A stretch of 64,000 nucleotides of DNA, from assembly GCA_035539175.1 (NCBI GenBank), contig DATLIY010000007.1, forward strand, positions 1,245,759 through 1,309,758, read 5' to 3'. The translations under genes and the position numbers were made by a program. The stretch is from Acidisarcina sp. (GTDB taxonomy: Bacteria > Acidobacteriota > Terriglobia > Terriglobales > Acidobacteriaceae). Below the pieces are notes generated by a model. That model was given only the letters and a program-made list of their open reading frames with translations. It ran no database searches and was not told the origin of the DNA. Of this stretch, positions 9,767 to 19,900 are shown in pieces. Position 1 is the first letter of the stretch. Each line of letters begins with the position of its first letter.

Positions 9767-10954
9767 GTGCGACGACTTTGCAGCCTGCTTGCCACCGTCC
9801 TTTTGACACCACTCATGCTGTCAGCTCAGACCACCAGGATTGCGGCCACTCCGCCCATGGGATGGAATAGCTGGAACTACTTCGCCGACAAAGTCGATGA
9901 CAAGTCAGTCCGCGATGCCGCCGATGCACTCGTCTCCACCGGCTTGCGGGACGCCGGCTATATCTATGTGAACATCGATGACACCTGGGAGGGAGAGCGC
10001 GACGCCCAGGGCATACTTCATACCAACAGCAAGTTTCCGGACATGAAGGCCCTGGCCGACTATGTCCACTCAAAGGGGCTGAAGATCGGCATCTACTCCT
10101 CCCCTGGACCGAAGACCTGCGCCGGGTATGCGGGCAGCTACAACCACGAAGACCAGGATGCGAAGATGTACGCCGAATGGGGCATCGACTATCTCAAGTA
10201 CGATCTCTGCAGCTACATCCCCGACGTCATGCAGAAGCAGGCCCCGGGCGACTTTGAGAAGCAGATGGCCCTGATGCATGAAGCGTATGCAAAGATGCAG
10301 CAGGCCCTTGCCAAGTCCGGCCGGCCTATTGTCTACAGCCTTTGCCAGTATGGCTGGGACGCGGTGTGGGAATGGGGACCGAAGGTGGGCGCCAACCTGT
10401 GGCGCACGACGGGAGACATCTCCCCTGACTTCGACCGCATGTCCGTCATCGGATTCGCGCAGGCCGGCCTGTCGAAGTTTGCCGCGCCCGGACACTGGAA
10501 CGATCCTGACATGCTCGAAGTGGGCAACGGCAAGATGAATCTGAACGAAAACCGAACCCACATGACGCTATGGGCCATGCTGGCGGCTCCCTTGCTGGCA
10601 GGCAACGATCTCTCGCATATGAAGCCGGAGATTCTTGAGATTCTGAAGAAAAAGGAAGTCCTTGCCATCGATCAGGATGCGCTCGGCGTGCAGGGAGATC
10701 GAGTCTATGCTGAAGGCCCCATCGAGATCTGGACGAAGCCGCTGAAGGACGGATCGAAGGCCGTGGCCATCTTCAACCGCGGAGATGTTCGCAGCAACGA
10801 ATACCCTGTCACCCTTCACTTCAAGGATATTGGCGTCTCCGGCCCGGTGAAGGCTCGCGACGTATGGGCAGACAAGGATCTGGGAAGGCTCACCGATGGC
10901 TCCAAATTCAAACCGGAGACCCACGGCGTCATCCTGCTCCTCGTCAGCAAATAG
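9767..10954 (+). CDS. secreted alpha-galactosidase, GH27 family
   Basis: GTG start preceded by AAGGAGAG. Signal-peptide-like VRRLCSLLATVLLTPLMLSAQ, then PPMGWNSWNYF...YIYVNIDDTWEG...GIDYLKYDLC, typical of GH27. The upstream part of ORF 9389.. overlaps moaC and is not credible. Confidence 0.85.
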   Translation: MRRLCSLLATVLLTPLMLSAQTTRIAATPPMGWNSWNYFADKVDDKSVRDAADALVSTGLRDAGYIYVNIDDTWEGERDAQGILHTNSKFPDMKALADYVHSKGLKIGIYSSPGPKTCAGYAGSYNHEDQDAKMYAEWGIDYLKYDLCSYIPDVMQKQAPGDFEKQMALMHEAYAKMQQALAKSGRPIVYSLCQYGWDAVWEWGPKVGANLWRTTGDISPDFDRMSVIGFAQAGLSKFAAPGHWNDPDMLEVGNGKMNLNENRTHMTLWAMLAAPLLAGNDLSHMKPEILEILKKKEVLAIDQDALGVQGDRVYAEGPIEIWTKPLKDGSKAVAIFNRGDVRSNEYPVTLHFKDIGVSGPVKARDVWADKDLGRLTDGSKFKPETHGVILLLVSK

Positions 10955-11040
10955 GTTCTCTGGCGCGAGTCTGCCGGAACCTTAGATAGATCCTGGATCT
11001 TTTCAAAGAGCCCACTTCCAGAGTTTTGGAGGCGGGCTCT

Positions 11041-12285
11041 TTATGCAAGCTGCAGGAACCGCTCTGTCCCCAGGTGCGCGCCGGGAAAGACCAGCTCCAG
11101 ATTGGTTGCTCCCAGAGATTTCGCGGCAAGTTCGCCGAGCACCTGGCGAAAGTCCGTGGTGAGAGCCAGATCGCGGCCTTCGTAGAGTTGCTCTTTTTCG
11201 AGTCCGGGCCAGCGTCCGTAGACCTTACCGCCTTTCACTTTGCCGCCCAGCACAAACATCGCATTGGCATGGCCGTGGTCGGTGCCGCTGGTGCCGTTTT
11301 CGCGGGCGGTGCGGCCAAACTCCGACATCGTAACCAGAGTGACATTTTCGGCATCGTCGCCCAGATCGTGCCAAAAGGCAGCGATACTTGCGGAGAAATC
11401 TCGAAGGCGATCGGAGAGCTGCCCGTTGACGCTGCCCTGATTCTGATGCGTGTCCCAACCGCTCACATCGGTGAAGGCTGCCTCCACCCCCAGGTTGGCC
11501 TTGAGCAGTTGGGCAACCTGCCGCATATTGCGGCCGAACTCTGTTGCGGGATATTCGACGCCGGAGCTGGGCTTATATTGCGCAGGATTGGTGGCGCGCA
11601 GCATCTTGACCGCTTCAAAGGTCTCTTCGCCCGCGGTATGGAAGATGCGATCGCCGCTATCGCTATACATCGACTCAAAGGCGCTGGCTGCGCGAGAAGG
11701 AGCGGGCCCGCGCCCAGCAACGGTGAAGTTGTTCACATTGCTGAGAGCAATGGCAGGAATCCTGCCAGCGAGGGTCCGGGGAACCTCAGCCCCAAGGGCG
11801 AGGGCTCGAAAGGCGGTGTGCTGCTGAGGGTGGCGCAGGTCTTCCGTTTGCAGGGCCCGGTTGAGCCAGCCGCTCTCCATGCTTTTGACGCCCGGTGTGC
11901 CCGACTCCATGTAATCCTGGGCATCGAAGTGGGAGCGCGTGCTATCGGGAGAACCCGCCGCGTGCACAATGGCCAGGTGCCCCTCGTCATAGAGAGGCTT
12001 GAAAGCTGCCAGCGAGGGATGGAAACCGAAGAAGCCATCCAGGTCGAGAACCTGATTCTGCGGAATCGCTATGCTGGGGCGCATGGCATAGTAATTCTTT
12101 TCTCCGTAGGGCACGACGATGTTGAGGCCGTCGGCCGCGCCGCGCTGGAAGATGACCACCAGTCGCCTGCGGGGCGCGCTTGCGGACTCCGCCATTACGG
12201 AACGGACCAGGAAGCCTGGAATGGCTGTGGTGCCCGCGATGGCCAGAGCGCCGTGGTGCAGGAAGAATCGCCGGGTCGTCTGCAT
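11041..12285 (-). CDS. DUF1501 (sulfatase-like) protein with twin-arginine signal
   Basis: MQTTRRFFLHHGALAIAG is a Tat-type leader. Conserved GGWDTH-like VSGWDTHQNQ and TMSEFGRT...GTDHG blocks are typical of DUF1501. It lies directly downstream of a DUF1800 gene, the usual pairing. Confidence 0.8.
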   Translation of the reverse strand: MQTTRRFFLHHGALAIAGTTAIPGFLVRSVMAESASAPRRRLVVIFQRGAADGLNIVVPYGEKNYYAMRPSIAIPQNQVLDLDGFFGFHPSLAAFKPLYDEGHLAIVHAAGSPDSTRSHFDAQDYMESGTPGVKSMESGWLNRALQTEDLRHPQQHTAFRALALGAEVPRTLAGRIPAIALSNVNNFTVAGRGPAPSRAASAFESMYSDSGDRIFHTAGEETFEAVKMLRATNPAQYKPSSGVEYPATEFGRNMRQVAQLLKANLGVEAAFTDVSGWDTHQNQGSVNGQLSDRLRDFSASIAAFWHDLGDDAENVTLVTMSEFGRTARENGTSGTDHGHANAMFVLGGKVKGGKVYGRWPGLEKEQLYEGRDLALTTDFRQVLGELAAKSLGATNLELVFPGAHLGTERFLQLA

Positions 12286-12309
12286 GATGGTCTCCTTAGC
12301 AATGCATGT

Positions 12310-14469
12310 TTAGCGACGCTGGAACTCCGGAGAGCCGAGCAACAATCCGCCCAGCAGTTGGTCTTGCCTCTCCAGCGCGGAGGCTGCCGGTGGGTGATAG
12401 ACAGACCTGACTGCCGAGGCTGGCTTGACCGGGACCGGGTTCGGCGCACTCTGCGCCTCAAATTCATGGAGTACAGCGGATCGCGTCGAATCACTCACCC
12501 CGCCTGCAACCAGAAGCGACTCAAGACGCGGCTCCTCAACTTCGGGGCTGGGGATGGGGCCGGCGCCTGGGCCGTCACCCAGGTTGCCAGTTTGTTGCGG
12601 GGTCCATATTACGGTTGTGCCCGGTAAGCGGTTGGCCGCCAGCGCCAGTGCAAAGTTCATACGGTTCACCAGCGCGCCTGTGCTCACCCAGGTGGGAGAC
12701 TGCCAGTTGTACCCGGTGGGAGGAATCGCTCCGTAGAGCGGCATCCCCATCTCGCGGAGGGCATTCTCCAATGGCTGAAGATTGCCGATGGCTGCGTTGC
12801 TGGCCCGCGCGGCGGAAACCACGTACTCGAGGGGCGTCTTCACCTTGCCGCGGTATACGCTTGCAGACCAGAACTCGGGAGAGCGGAAGAGGGTCTTCAA
12901 CACTACGGCGATGTCGCCTCCGCTTGCCAGGTAGGAGCGAGCCAGGCGATCCACAAGACTCTGCGGCGGGTCATCGCTGACGAAGCGTATCGCCAGCTTA
13001 CGAGAGAGAAACCGAGCTGTGGCAGGCCGCGTGGCCAGCATGTGCAGCAGCTCGCGGCCCTCCAACTCTCCGCCTTCCTTGAACTTTTTGCCGAGAACTT
13101 TTTTTGTACCGGGCTCGTGGCGATTCGGGTCGAATTTGAATCCGCCACCAAGCTGCGGGCGATCGATGGTCCAGCCGGTCAAGATGCGCGCCACTTCGGT
13201 TACGTCCGCCTGGGTGTAGCCGCCATTCACGCCCAGCGTGTGCAACTCCATCAGTTCGCGGGCATAATTTTCATTCAACCCCTGGCGTGCATTCTGCTTG
13301 TTGCCGGGGTTACGCGCAGCGTTGGTCCTGGCCCTTTCCGCAGCCATGGAATCCGGACCGATGCTGCTCCACTGATCCAGATAGAGCAGCATGGCAGGGC
13401 TGTGCGCCGTGGCTTCCAACAGGTCCTCGAATTTGCCCAGTGCCCGCGGACGAATGACATCCCGCTCATAGCTGACCAGATAGTAGGGAGTCTGTTCGTC
13501 CTTATGCAGAAAGACGTTGAAGTGATTGAGCCAGAAGTCGGTCATCACCTCCTGCAACTGGGCGGGGGAGTAAATGTCGCGGGTGAGACGCTGGTCGATG
13601 AGCTCTTCGGTCACCATCCCCTGCGGATTTTCCAGCGCGGCCACGATCTCTTTTTGGGCCGGGCTGAGACCAGCGCGGAGTGCCTCCCGCTGTACTGGCT
13701 TGAGCGCCTTGAAAAAGCTGTCGAACTCCGGCGCCTGCATCGTTGCCAACCGGGTTACGCGCTGCTCGGGTGGGAGCGCGAGGACATTGGGAATCAATGC
13801 TTCATCGGCGAGTGGCTGCGCAGGCGGATTCGCAACCGGCATCATCCCGGCTGAACTGGATGAGTTCCTATTTGCCAGTACCTGGACGGTTTGTGGCGGC
13901 TCTGGAGCCATCGCTGCCCCGGTTCCAGCCATTTCTGCCGATCCGCGCCCTGTCGCACTGGCGGAAGGTGGAACTTGCTTCATGCGCTCCGGATCCATCG
14001 CGGTCTTCCGGTCCTGCTCCTGCCTCTTCATGTTGAGGCGGAAGACTTGATCTTCATAGATTGCGTGCAGGACTCCGCGTTCGGGGATAGGTCGCTTCCC
14101 ATTGATCGTCTGGCGGATGACTCCGTTGCTGGGGAAGCGAAAGAGCAGGTCCGGGATGCTCCACTGCATGGCGGGGTATTGGGCAAGCCGGGCATTGAGG
14201 TCCGTCAGATCGAGATTTTCGGGATGCAATTGCTGGTCAAACCATTGCTCCAGCCCCATCGCCCGGACGGCTTCCAGATCTCCCGGACGCGGTCCGAAGG
14301 TGAAGCGGTTCAAGGCGTGCAGAATGCGCGTATCTCCACGCAACGGGCCATTCGACTGGCTTGGAGCGGGGTGGTTTGCGACTGGTGGAGGAGATTGGCA
14401 GAGTATGTACGGGCTCGCAAGAAAACTAAGGCTCAAAAGGGCGGCGAATCGTCCTCCAAAGTGCTTCAT
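12310..14469 (-). CDS. DUF1800 domain protein (secreted)
   Basis: Signal-like MKHFGGRFAALLSLSFLASP. The DFWLNHFNVF and ARELMELHTLGV blocks are characteristic of DUF1800. Start taken at Met21 of ORF 12310..14529. Confidence 0.8.
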   Translation of the reverse strand: MKHFGGRFAALLSLSFLASPYILCQSPPPVANHPAPSQSNGPLRGDTRILHALNRFTFGPRPGDLEAVRAMGLEQWFDQQLHPENLDLTDLNARLAQYPAMQWSIPDLLFRFPSNGVIRQTINGKRPIPERGVLHAIYEDQVFRLNMKRQEQDRKTAMDPERMKQVPPSASATGRGSAEMAGTGAAMAPEPPQTVQVLANRNSSSSAGMMPVANPPAQPLADEALIPNVLALPPEQRVTRLATMQAPEFDSFFKALKPVQREALRAGLSPAQKEIVAALENPQGMVTEELIDQRLTRDIYSPAQLQEVMTDFWLNHFNVFLHKDEQTPYYLVSYERDVIRPRALGKFEDLLEATAHSPAMLLYLDQWSSIGPDSMAAERARTNAARNPGNKQNARQGLNENYARELMELHTLGVNGGYTQADVTEVARILTGWTIDRPQLGGGFKFDPNRHEPGTKKVLGKKFKEGGELEGRELLHMLATRPATARFLSRKLAIRFVSDDPPQSLVDRLARSYLASGGDIAVVLKTLFRSPEFWSASVYRGKVKTPLEYVVSAARASNAAIGNLQPLENALREMGMPLYGAIPPTGYNWQSPTWVSTGALVNRMNFALALAANRLPGTTVIWTPQQTGNLGDGPGAGPIPSPEVEEPRLESLLVAGGVSDSTRSAVLHEFEAQSAPNPVPVKPASAVRSVYHPPAASALERQDQLLGGLLLGSPEFQRR

Positions 14470-14684
14470 CAGGGCTCTCCTGCCAAGGGGTGACCGGCAA
14501 TAGCTTATCTGCTGAAACACAGCTCGCAAGAAGAAGTTACGCGAGAAAACCTCTTAGTAGCAAAACGGGAAAAACAAAACGGAAAACAATGGCGGGTGAA
14601 GATTCCAGCGAGAGAAGTCCGGGTGCGGGATCGACGCAACGAGCCTTTTGGTAGACCGCGGTGCGATATACAATTTCGGCGGTG

Positions 14685-15755
14685 ATGAGCCTGCGAAAAA
14701 TCGTCCATATCGACATGGATGCTTTCTATGCTTCCGTCGAGCAGCGGGACGATCCCAAGCTGCGCGGCAAACCTGTGATCGTCGCCTGGCGAGGAAAGCG
14801 CTCTGTAGTCTGCGCCGCCTCGTACGAAGCCAGACGCTTTGGTGTGCGCTCGGCAATGCCTGCTCTCCGCGCAGAGCACCTGTGTCCTGAGGCTGTATTT
14901 CTTCCGCCGGATTTCGCACGCTATCGCGCTGTCTCGCGCGCGGTACACGAGATATTCAAGCGACACACGGATCTCATCGAGCCACTGTCTCTGGATGAAG
15001 CGTATCTCGACGTTACCGAGAACAAGACAGGCTTACCGACCGCGACACGCGTAGCACGGACCATCCGCGAACAAATCCGCGAAGAGCTGCACCTGACGGC
15101 CTCTGCGGGCATTGCCCCAAACAAATTTCTGGCGAAGATCGCATCCGACTGGCGCAAGCCGGATGGAATCTTCACCATCCAGCCTGAGGATGTGGATACA
15201 TTCCTTCCGCCGCTCTTGGTTGGGCGTCTCCCTGGCGTGGGCAAAGTTACAGAAAAGAAGCTGGGGGAGCTTGGCGTTCAGACGGTGGGAGAGTTGCAGG
15301 GCCTGGAGCCAGCGCTGCTCGAAAGTCACTTTGGCCGATATGGGCTGCGTCTCTACCAACTGGCGAGAGGTCTCGACAATAGCGCTGTTGTGTCGGACAG
15401 GCCTACGAAATCCATCTCTGCCGAAGACACCTTTGAGCAAGACATTCCATTGGAAGATACCGGGCCTGTGATTCGCCATCTCGCAGAAAAGGTCTGGACC
15501 GCCTCGCGCAAGGAGGCGCGGGTTGCGCGCACCGTGGTTCTCAAGCTGAAGACTCGCGAGTTCCACATTCTCACCCGCAGCCATACGCCGGACGCTCCTC
15601 CTTCTACCTGTGAGGAGTTAACCGAGATTGCCCTCCTGCTACGGGAGCGGGTTTGCCTTGGTCCGAAACAGCTGTTTCGCCTGGTGGGAGTTGGCCTGAG
15701 CAACTTTCACCAGGCCGATGACGAACACTTACAGCCGGCTCTCTTTGAAGAATGA
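14685..15755 (+). CDS. dinB: DNA polymerase IV (Y-family)
   Basis: MSLRKIVHIDMDAFYASVEQRDDPKLRGKPVIV... followed by SLDEAYLDVT and little-finger regions. Start at Met9 of the listed ORF. Confidence 0.9.
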   Translation: MSLRKIVHIDMDAFYASVEQRDDPKLRGKPVIVAWRGKRSVVCAASYEARRFGVRSAMPALRAEHLCPEAVFLPPDFARYRAVSRAVHEIFKRHTDLIEPLSLDEAYLDVTENKTGLPTATRVARTIREQIREELHLTASAGIAPNKFLAKIASDWRKPDGIFTIQPEDVDTFLPPLLVGRLPGVGKVTEKKLGELGVQTVGELQGLEPALLESHFGRYGLRLYQLARGLDNSAVVSDRPTKSISAEDTFEQDIPLEDTGPVIRHLAEKVWTASRKEARVARTVVLKLKTREFHILTRSHTPDAPPSTCEELTEIALLLRERVCLGPKQLFRLVGVGLSNFHQADDEHLQPALFEE

Positions 15756-15920
15756 GAAAGAACTGATTCGAGAGCCGCTTGACGCGAGCCGATTCAGGCC
15801 CAGAACTTTTCAGGATAGCGATGCGTATTTAGATTTGCCGGGACGCATCTACCGGTGTGCTGGCCGTTGCGGTGTTGGATGAAATTGCGCCCGTACACGA
15901 GCCGGCAGGAGTGAAGTCCA

Positions 15921-16112
15921 ATGCTGAAATTCCTGATCTGGTGTGTTCTGCTGGTGGTGTGTTGGCCGCTGGCGCTGTTGGCCATCGTGTTGTATCCAAT
16001 CGTCTGGTTAATCCTGCTGCCGTTCCGATTGTTGGGAATAGCGGTAGAGGGTGCGCTGGCGCTGGTGGTGGCGCTCATCTTCCTTCCAGTACGCCTGTTG
16101 CGCTCTGTGTAG
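15921..16112 (+). CDS. small hydrophobic protein, hypothetical
   Basis: 63 aa, almost entirely hydrophobic (two predicted TM helices). ORF-level evidence only. Confidence 0.35.
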   Translation: MLKFLIWCVLLVVCWPLALLAIVLYPIVWLILLPFRLLGIAVEGALALVVALIFLPVRLLRSV

Positions 16113-16204
16113 CGGACTCGCCGGGCCGAAGCCATTGCCGATCTTTTCCGGCCCGGACCCCATCGCTGGAGATGTCTCCCCGCAAACCTGTTTTTGCGAA
16201 TACG

Positions 16205-16834
16205 CTAGAATCCGCCTTTGCCGATGTCCATGCCCGCTGGTAGAGGATTGCTTTCATCGATGTATCGCTCGATGGACTCCTCTAACTGCCCTTTCGACTT
16301 CAGAATGAATTCGATGGCATCGCGTCCTGCTCCATCGCCGCCGCGATTCTCCGTGACGAAATGGGCTGCGGCTTTAACCTGTTCGCGAGCATTGGCCACG
16401 GCGATTGCCAGTCCGCACTCACGCATCACGGGCAGATCGATCACGTCGTCGCCGACGTAGGCAATCTCCTCTAAAGTCGCGCCTTCCTTGTCGAGGATCT
16501 CGCGGACAGCCCGCATCTTATAGGCCTGGCCCATGTAGACGAACTCCAGCTTGAGATCGCGCGCGCGTAGAGCCACCGTGTCCGAGATGCGCTTGGTAAT
16601 GACTCCGCACTTCATCCCCGCGATGCGGGCGAGCGAGATGGCGGTTCCATCATGCGCGCTGAAACCCTTTGCCTCCACCATGCGGGCGGAGGAGATGTTG
16701 TGACTGTCTTCGCTTGCTGATGGGCTGGCGCCGGAAACGGGGACCATCCAGATGCTGCCGTCGGTGAGAACTCCGTCAACGTCGAAAAGAATGATTTTGA
16801 TGCGCCGGGCGCGGTCTTCCGCAGATATTTGCAT
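16205..16834 (-). CDS. kdsC: KDO 8-phosphate phosphatase KdsC-like HAD hydrolase
   Basis: HAD motif I ILFDVDGVLTDG, motif III/IV YVGDDVIDLPVM and GGDGAGRD. Carries an approximately 18-aa insertion after motif I and a C-terminal extension relative to E. coli KdsC as I remember it. Confidence 0.8.
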   Translation of the reverse strand: MQISAEDRARRIKIILFDVDGVLTDGSIWMVPVSGASPSASEDSHNISSARMVEAKGFSAHDGTAISLARIAGMKCGVITKRISDTVALRARDLKLEFVYMGQAYKMRAVREILDKEGATLEEIAYVGDDVIDLPVMRECGLAIAVANAREQVKAAAHFVTENRGGDGAGRDAIEFILKSKGQLEESIERYIDESNPLPAGMDIGKGGF

Positions 16835-16928
16835 ATTTTCATTTTAACGTGCGGGGCATATCGGTAAGCGTTGCAATGAGATAGGTACGAGGCGAACAGA
16901 AAACGAAGTTCCGCGTTAAAATACCGCA

Positions 16929-19900
16929 ATGCCCTCGCCGGTTCCTTCCCCTTCCGACGACCTTGGCACCCTTGCAGGCGACGACCTGGCATGGGCGCAC
17001 CCCGTTGTGCGCGAGTGGTTTGTGCGGCGCTTCGGCTCTGCCACGGAGCCGCAGCAGCAGGGCTGGCCGCAGATTCTCGCCGGCAAACCGACGCTGATCT
17101 CCGCACCCACCGGCTCAGGCAAAACGCTGGCGGCCTTTCTCATCTGCATTGATGCGCTGCTACGCAAGGCGATGGACGGGCGTCTCGATGCGGAGACGGA
17201 GGTAGTCTACGTTTCACCGCTGAAGGCTCTCTCCAACGACATACAGAAAAATCTGCAGCAGCCACTGGGAGAGATCCAGCAGCTTGCGCTGGAGATGGGC
17301 TGCCTCTGCCCGGAGATTCGCACTGCGGTGCGGACCGGCGATACATCCGCTGCCGAACGGCGCGCAATGTTAAAGCGGCCGCCGCATATCCTGGTCACCA
17401 CTCCGGAGTCGCTCTACATCCTGCTGACAGCAGAGAAATCGCGCCAGAATCTGCGCCGCGTGCGCACGGTGATCGTCGACGAGATTCATGCGCTGGCCGA
17501 CGATAAGCGCGGCACGCATCTGGCGTTGACGCTGGAGCGACTGGATGCGCTGGTGTGCGGAGAGAACACGCTGTCGCCTGGCGCATCGATCACCGGACTT
17601 GCTACGCCGCCTTTGCGCATCGGACTTTCGGCTACGCAGAATCCCATTGAGCTGGTTGCAGAATTCCTCACCGGCAAACCCGCTAACGAAGTTGCCATCG
17701 TGCAGGTAGGGCACAGGCGCACGCTGGACCTTGCGATCGAAGTGCCCGACGACGAGCTGGGTTGCGTTGCCACCAACGCCATCTGGGATTCGATCTACAC
17801 GCGGCTTGCTGAGCTGGCGCAGGAGCATCGCTCGACCCTGGTGTTTGTGAATACGCGACGCATGGTAGAGCGGCTGGCGTTTGCATTGAGCGAGCGAATC
17901 GGCGCGGAGAATGTGGCCGCGCATCACGGCAGTCTGTCGCGCAGGATGCGGCATGAGGCCGAACAAAGGTTGAAGGCCGGAGAGATTCGCCTTCTGGTGG
18001 CGACAGCTTCGCTGGAGCTTGGCATCGACATCGGTAGTATCGATCTCGTATGCCAGATCAACTCGCCGCGCGCGATCGGGGTTGGCGTGCAACGCGTGGG
18101 CCGCGCTGGACACTGGCGGGGAGCCATTCCAAAAGGAAGATTTTTTGTTACCACGCGCGATGATCTGGTGGAGACGGCGGCCCTGTTGCGCGCCATGCAG
18201 AGTGGCGCGCTCGACCGGCTGGAGATTCCCGAGAAGCCTCTCGATGTGCTGATGCAGCAGATTGTGGCGGCATGCGCAGCTGAGCCATGGCATGAGGATG
18301 TCCTGTTCCACGTCCTCCGGCGAGCGTATCCCTATCGCGACCTGACGCGGGACGAGTTTGAAGAATTGCTTTGCCTGCTGGCGGATGGCGTTGAAGTGAC
18401 TCGCGGACGATACGGGGCATACCTGCTCCGCGACCGTGTGCATGGGCATCTGCAGGCGCGGCGAGGTGCGCGAACCGTGGCTGTTTCGAATGGTGGCACG
18501 ATACCGGATACCGCGCTCTTCTCTGTGATTGTGCAGCCTGACGGTGTGCAGATTGCGACTCTCGATGAGGACTTCGCGGTGGAGTCATCAGCGGGCGACA
18601 TTATTCTGCTTGGGAATACGAGCTGGCGGATTCAGCGGGTGGAGAGCGCGGGGCGAGTGTTTGTAGAGGATGCGCACGGGCTGCCGCCGAGTGTTCCTTT
18701 CTGGCGCGGCGAGGCCCCGCAGCGCACGCTGGAGTTGTGTAGCTTTGTTTCGGACCTGCGCGATGAGATTGGATGTCGCGTACCCAATGCGTTGCCGGGC
18801 TACGTAAGCCAGACCCATCCCGAGGTAGCAACGGCCGTGGCGTGGTTAAAGCAGGAGGGCTGTCTGACGGACTCCGGCGCTGAACAGCTGATCGGCTATG
18901 TGATCGCAGGACGAGCTGCGCTGGGCGCGGTGCCAACGCTGAGGACAATCGTCGCCGAGCGCTTTTTCGATGAGGGAGGCGGCATGCAGCTCATCCTGCA
19001 TGCTCCGTTTGGCGGACGCATCAACAAGGCCTGGGGTCTGGCGTTGCGCAAGCGTTTTTGCCGGGGATTCAACTTCGAACTGCAGGCAGCGGCTACCGAC
19101 AACGGGCTGAACATCTCTCTTGCCGAGCAACACAGCTTCCCGCTCAGCGACGTCTTCCAGTTCCTGACAGAAGAGACGGTGACCGAGCTGCTGGAGCAGG
19201 CCTCGTTGGCCTCGCCGATCTTCAAGTCGCGCTGGCGCTGGGATGCGGGTAGGAGTTTGCAACTGTTACGGTTTCACAAAGGCAAGAGGATTCCGCCGCA
19301 GATTCAGCGTACGCGTTCCGAAGATCTGCTGGCGAGCGTCTTCCCCCAGGCCGCAGCATGTTTTGAGAATATCGAGGGAGATATCCAGATTCCGGATCAC
19401 CCTCTCATCCGCGAAGTGATGAAGGATGTGCTGGGCGAAGCCATGGATCTGGATGGCCTTCGGCAGGTCCTGCGAGCTATTCGCGACGGGTCTATTCGCT
19501 GCCTGGCCGTGGATACCACGACCCCATCACAGTTCGCGCACGAGATTCTCCATGCGAATCCTTATGCCTTTCTCGACGATGCGCCGTTGGAGGAGCGCCG
19601 CGCCCGCGCGGTCCATATGCGCGGAACGGTTCCGGACAGCGCGCTGGGAGAGGCCGGAAGACTAGACCCGGCGGCGATTGCCGAGGTACGCGAGGAGATT
19701 CGCCCGGACCTTCGCGATGAACATGAATTTCACGATCTGCTGTGCTCTCTCGTAATTGTTCCCGTGTCTGTTACGGAAGGATCGACTGCGCGGGACTGGA
19801 CGATATTTCTGTCGCGGCTGGAGCGCGTTGGGCGTGCGACCGTGGCAGCGGTGGAAACTCCGACTGGGTTGCGGGAGTATATTGTCGCTGCCGAACGCGT

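Noticed and set aside
14562-14587. A-rich tandem repeat AAAACGGGAAAAAC / AAAACGGAAAAC between the DUF1800 and dinB genes.
   Set aside because: There are only two imperfect copies of low-complexity sequence. It has no dyad symmetry, no match to a regulator motif I know and no second occurrence in the window.
16894-16908. GAACAGAAAACGAAG just upstream of lhr, resembling the GAAC-N7-GAAC (GTTC-N7-GTTC) LexA box reported for Acidobacterium and Alphaproteobacteria.
   Set aside because: It has one mismatch in only eight defined positions. By a simple probability estimate, dozens of such one-mismatch hits are expected by chance on both strands of 64 kb. I found no comparable box upstream of dinB or dinG. 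It is worth a genome-wide PWM scan but is not supportable here.
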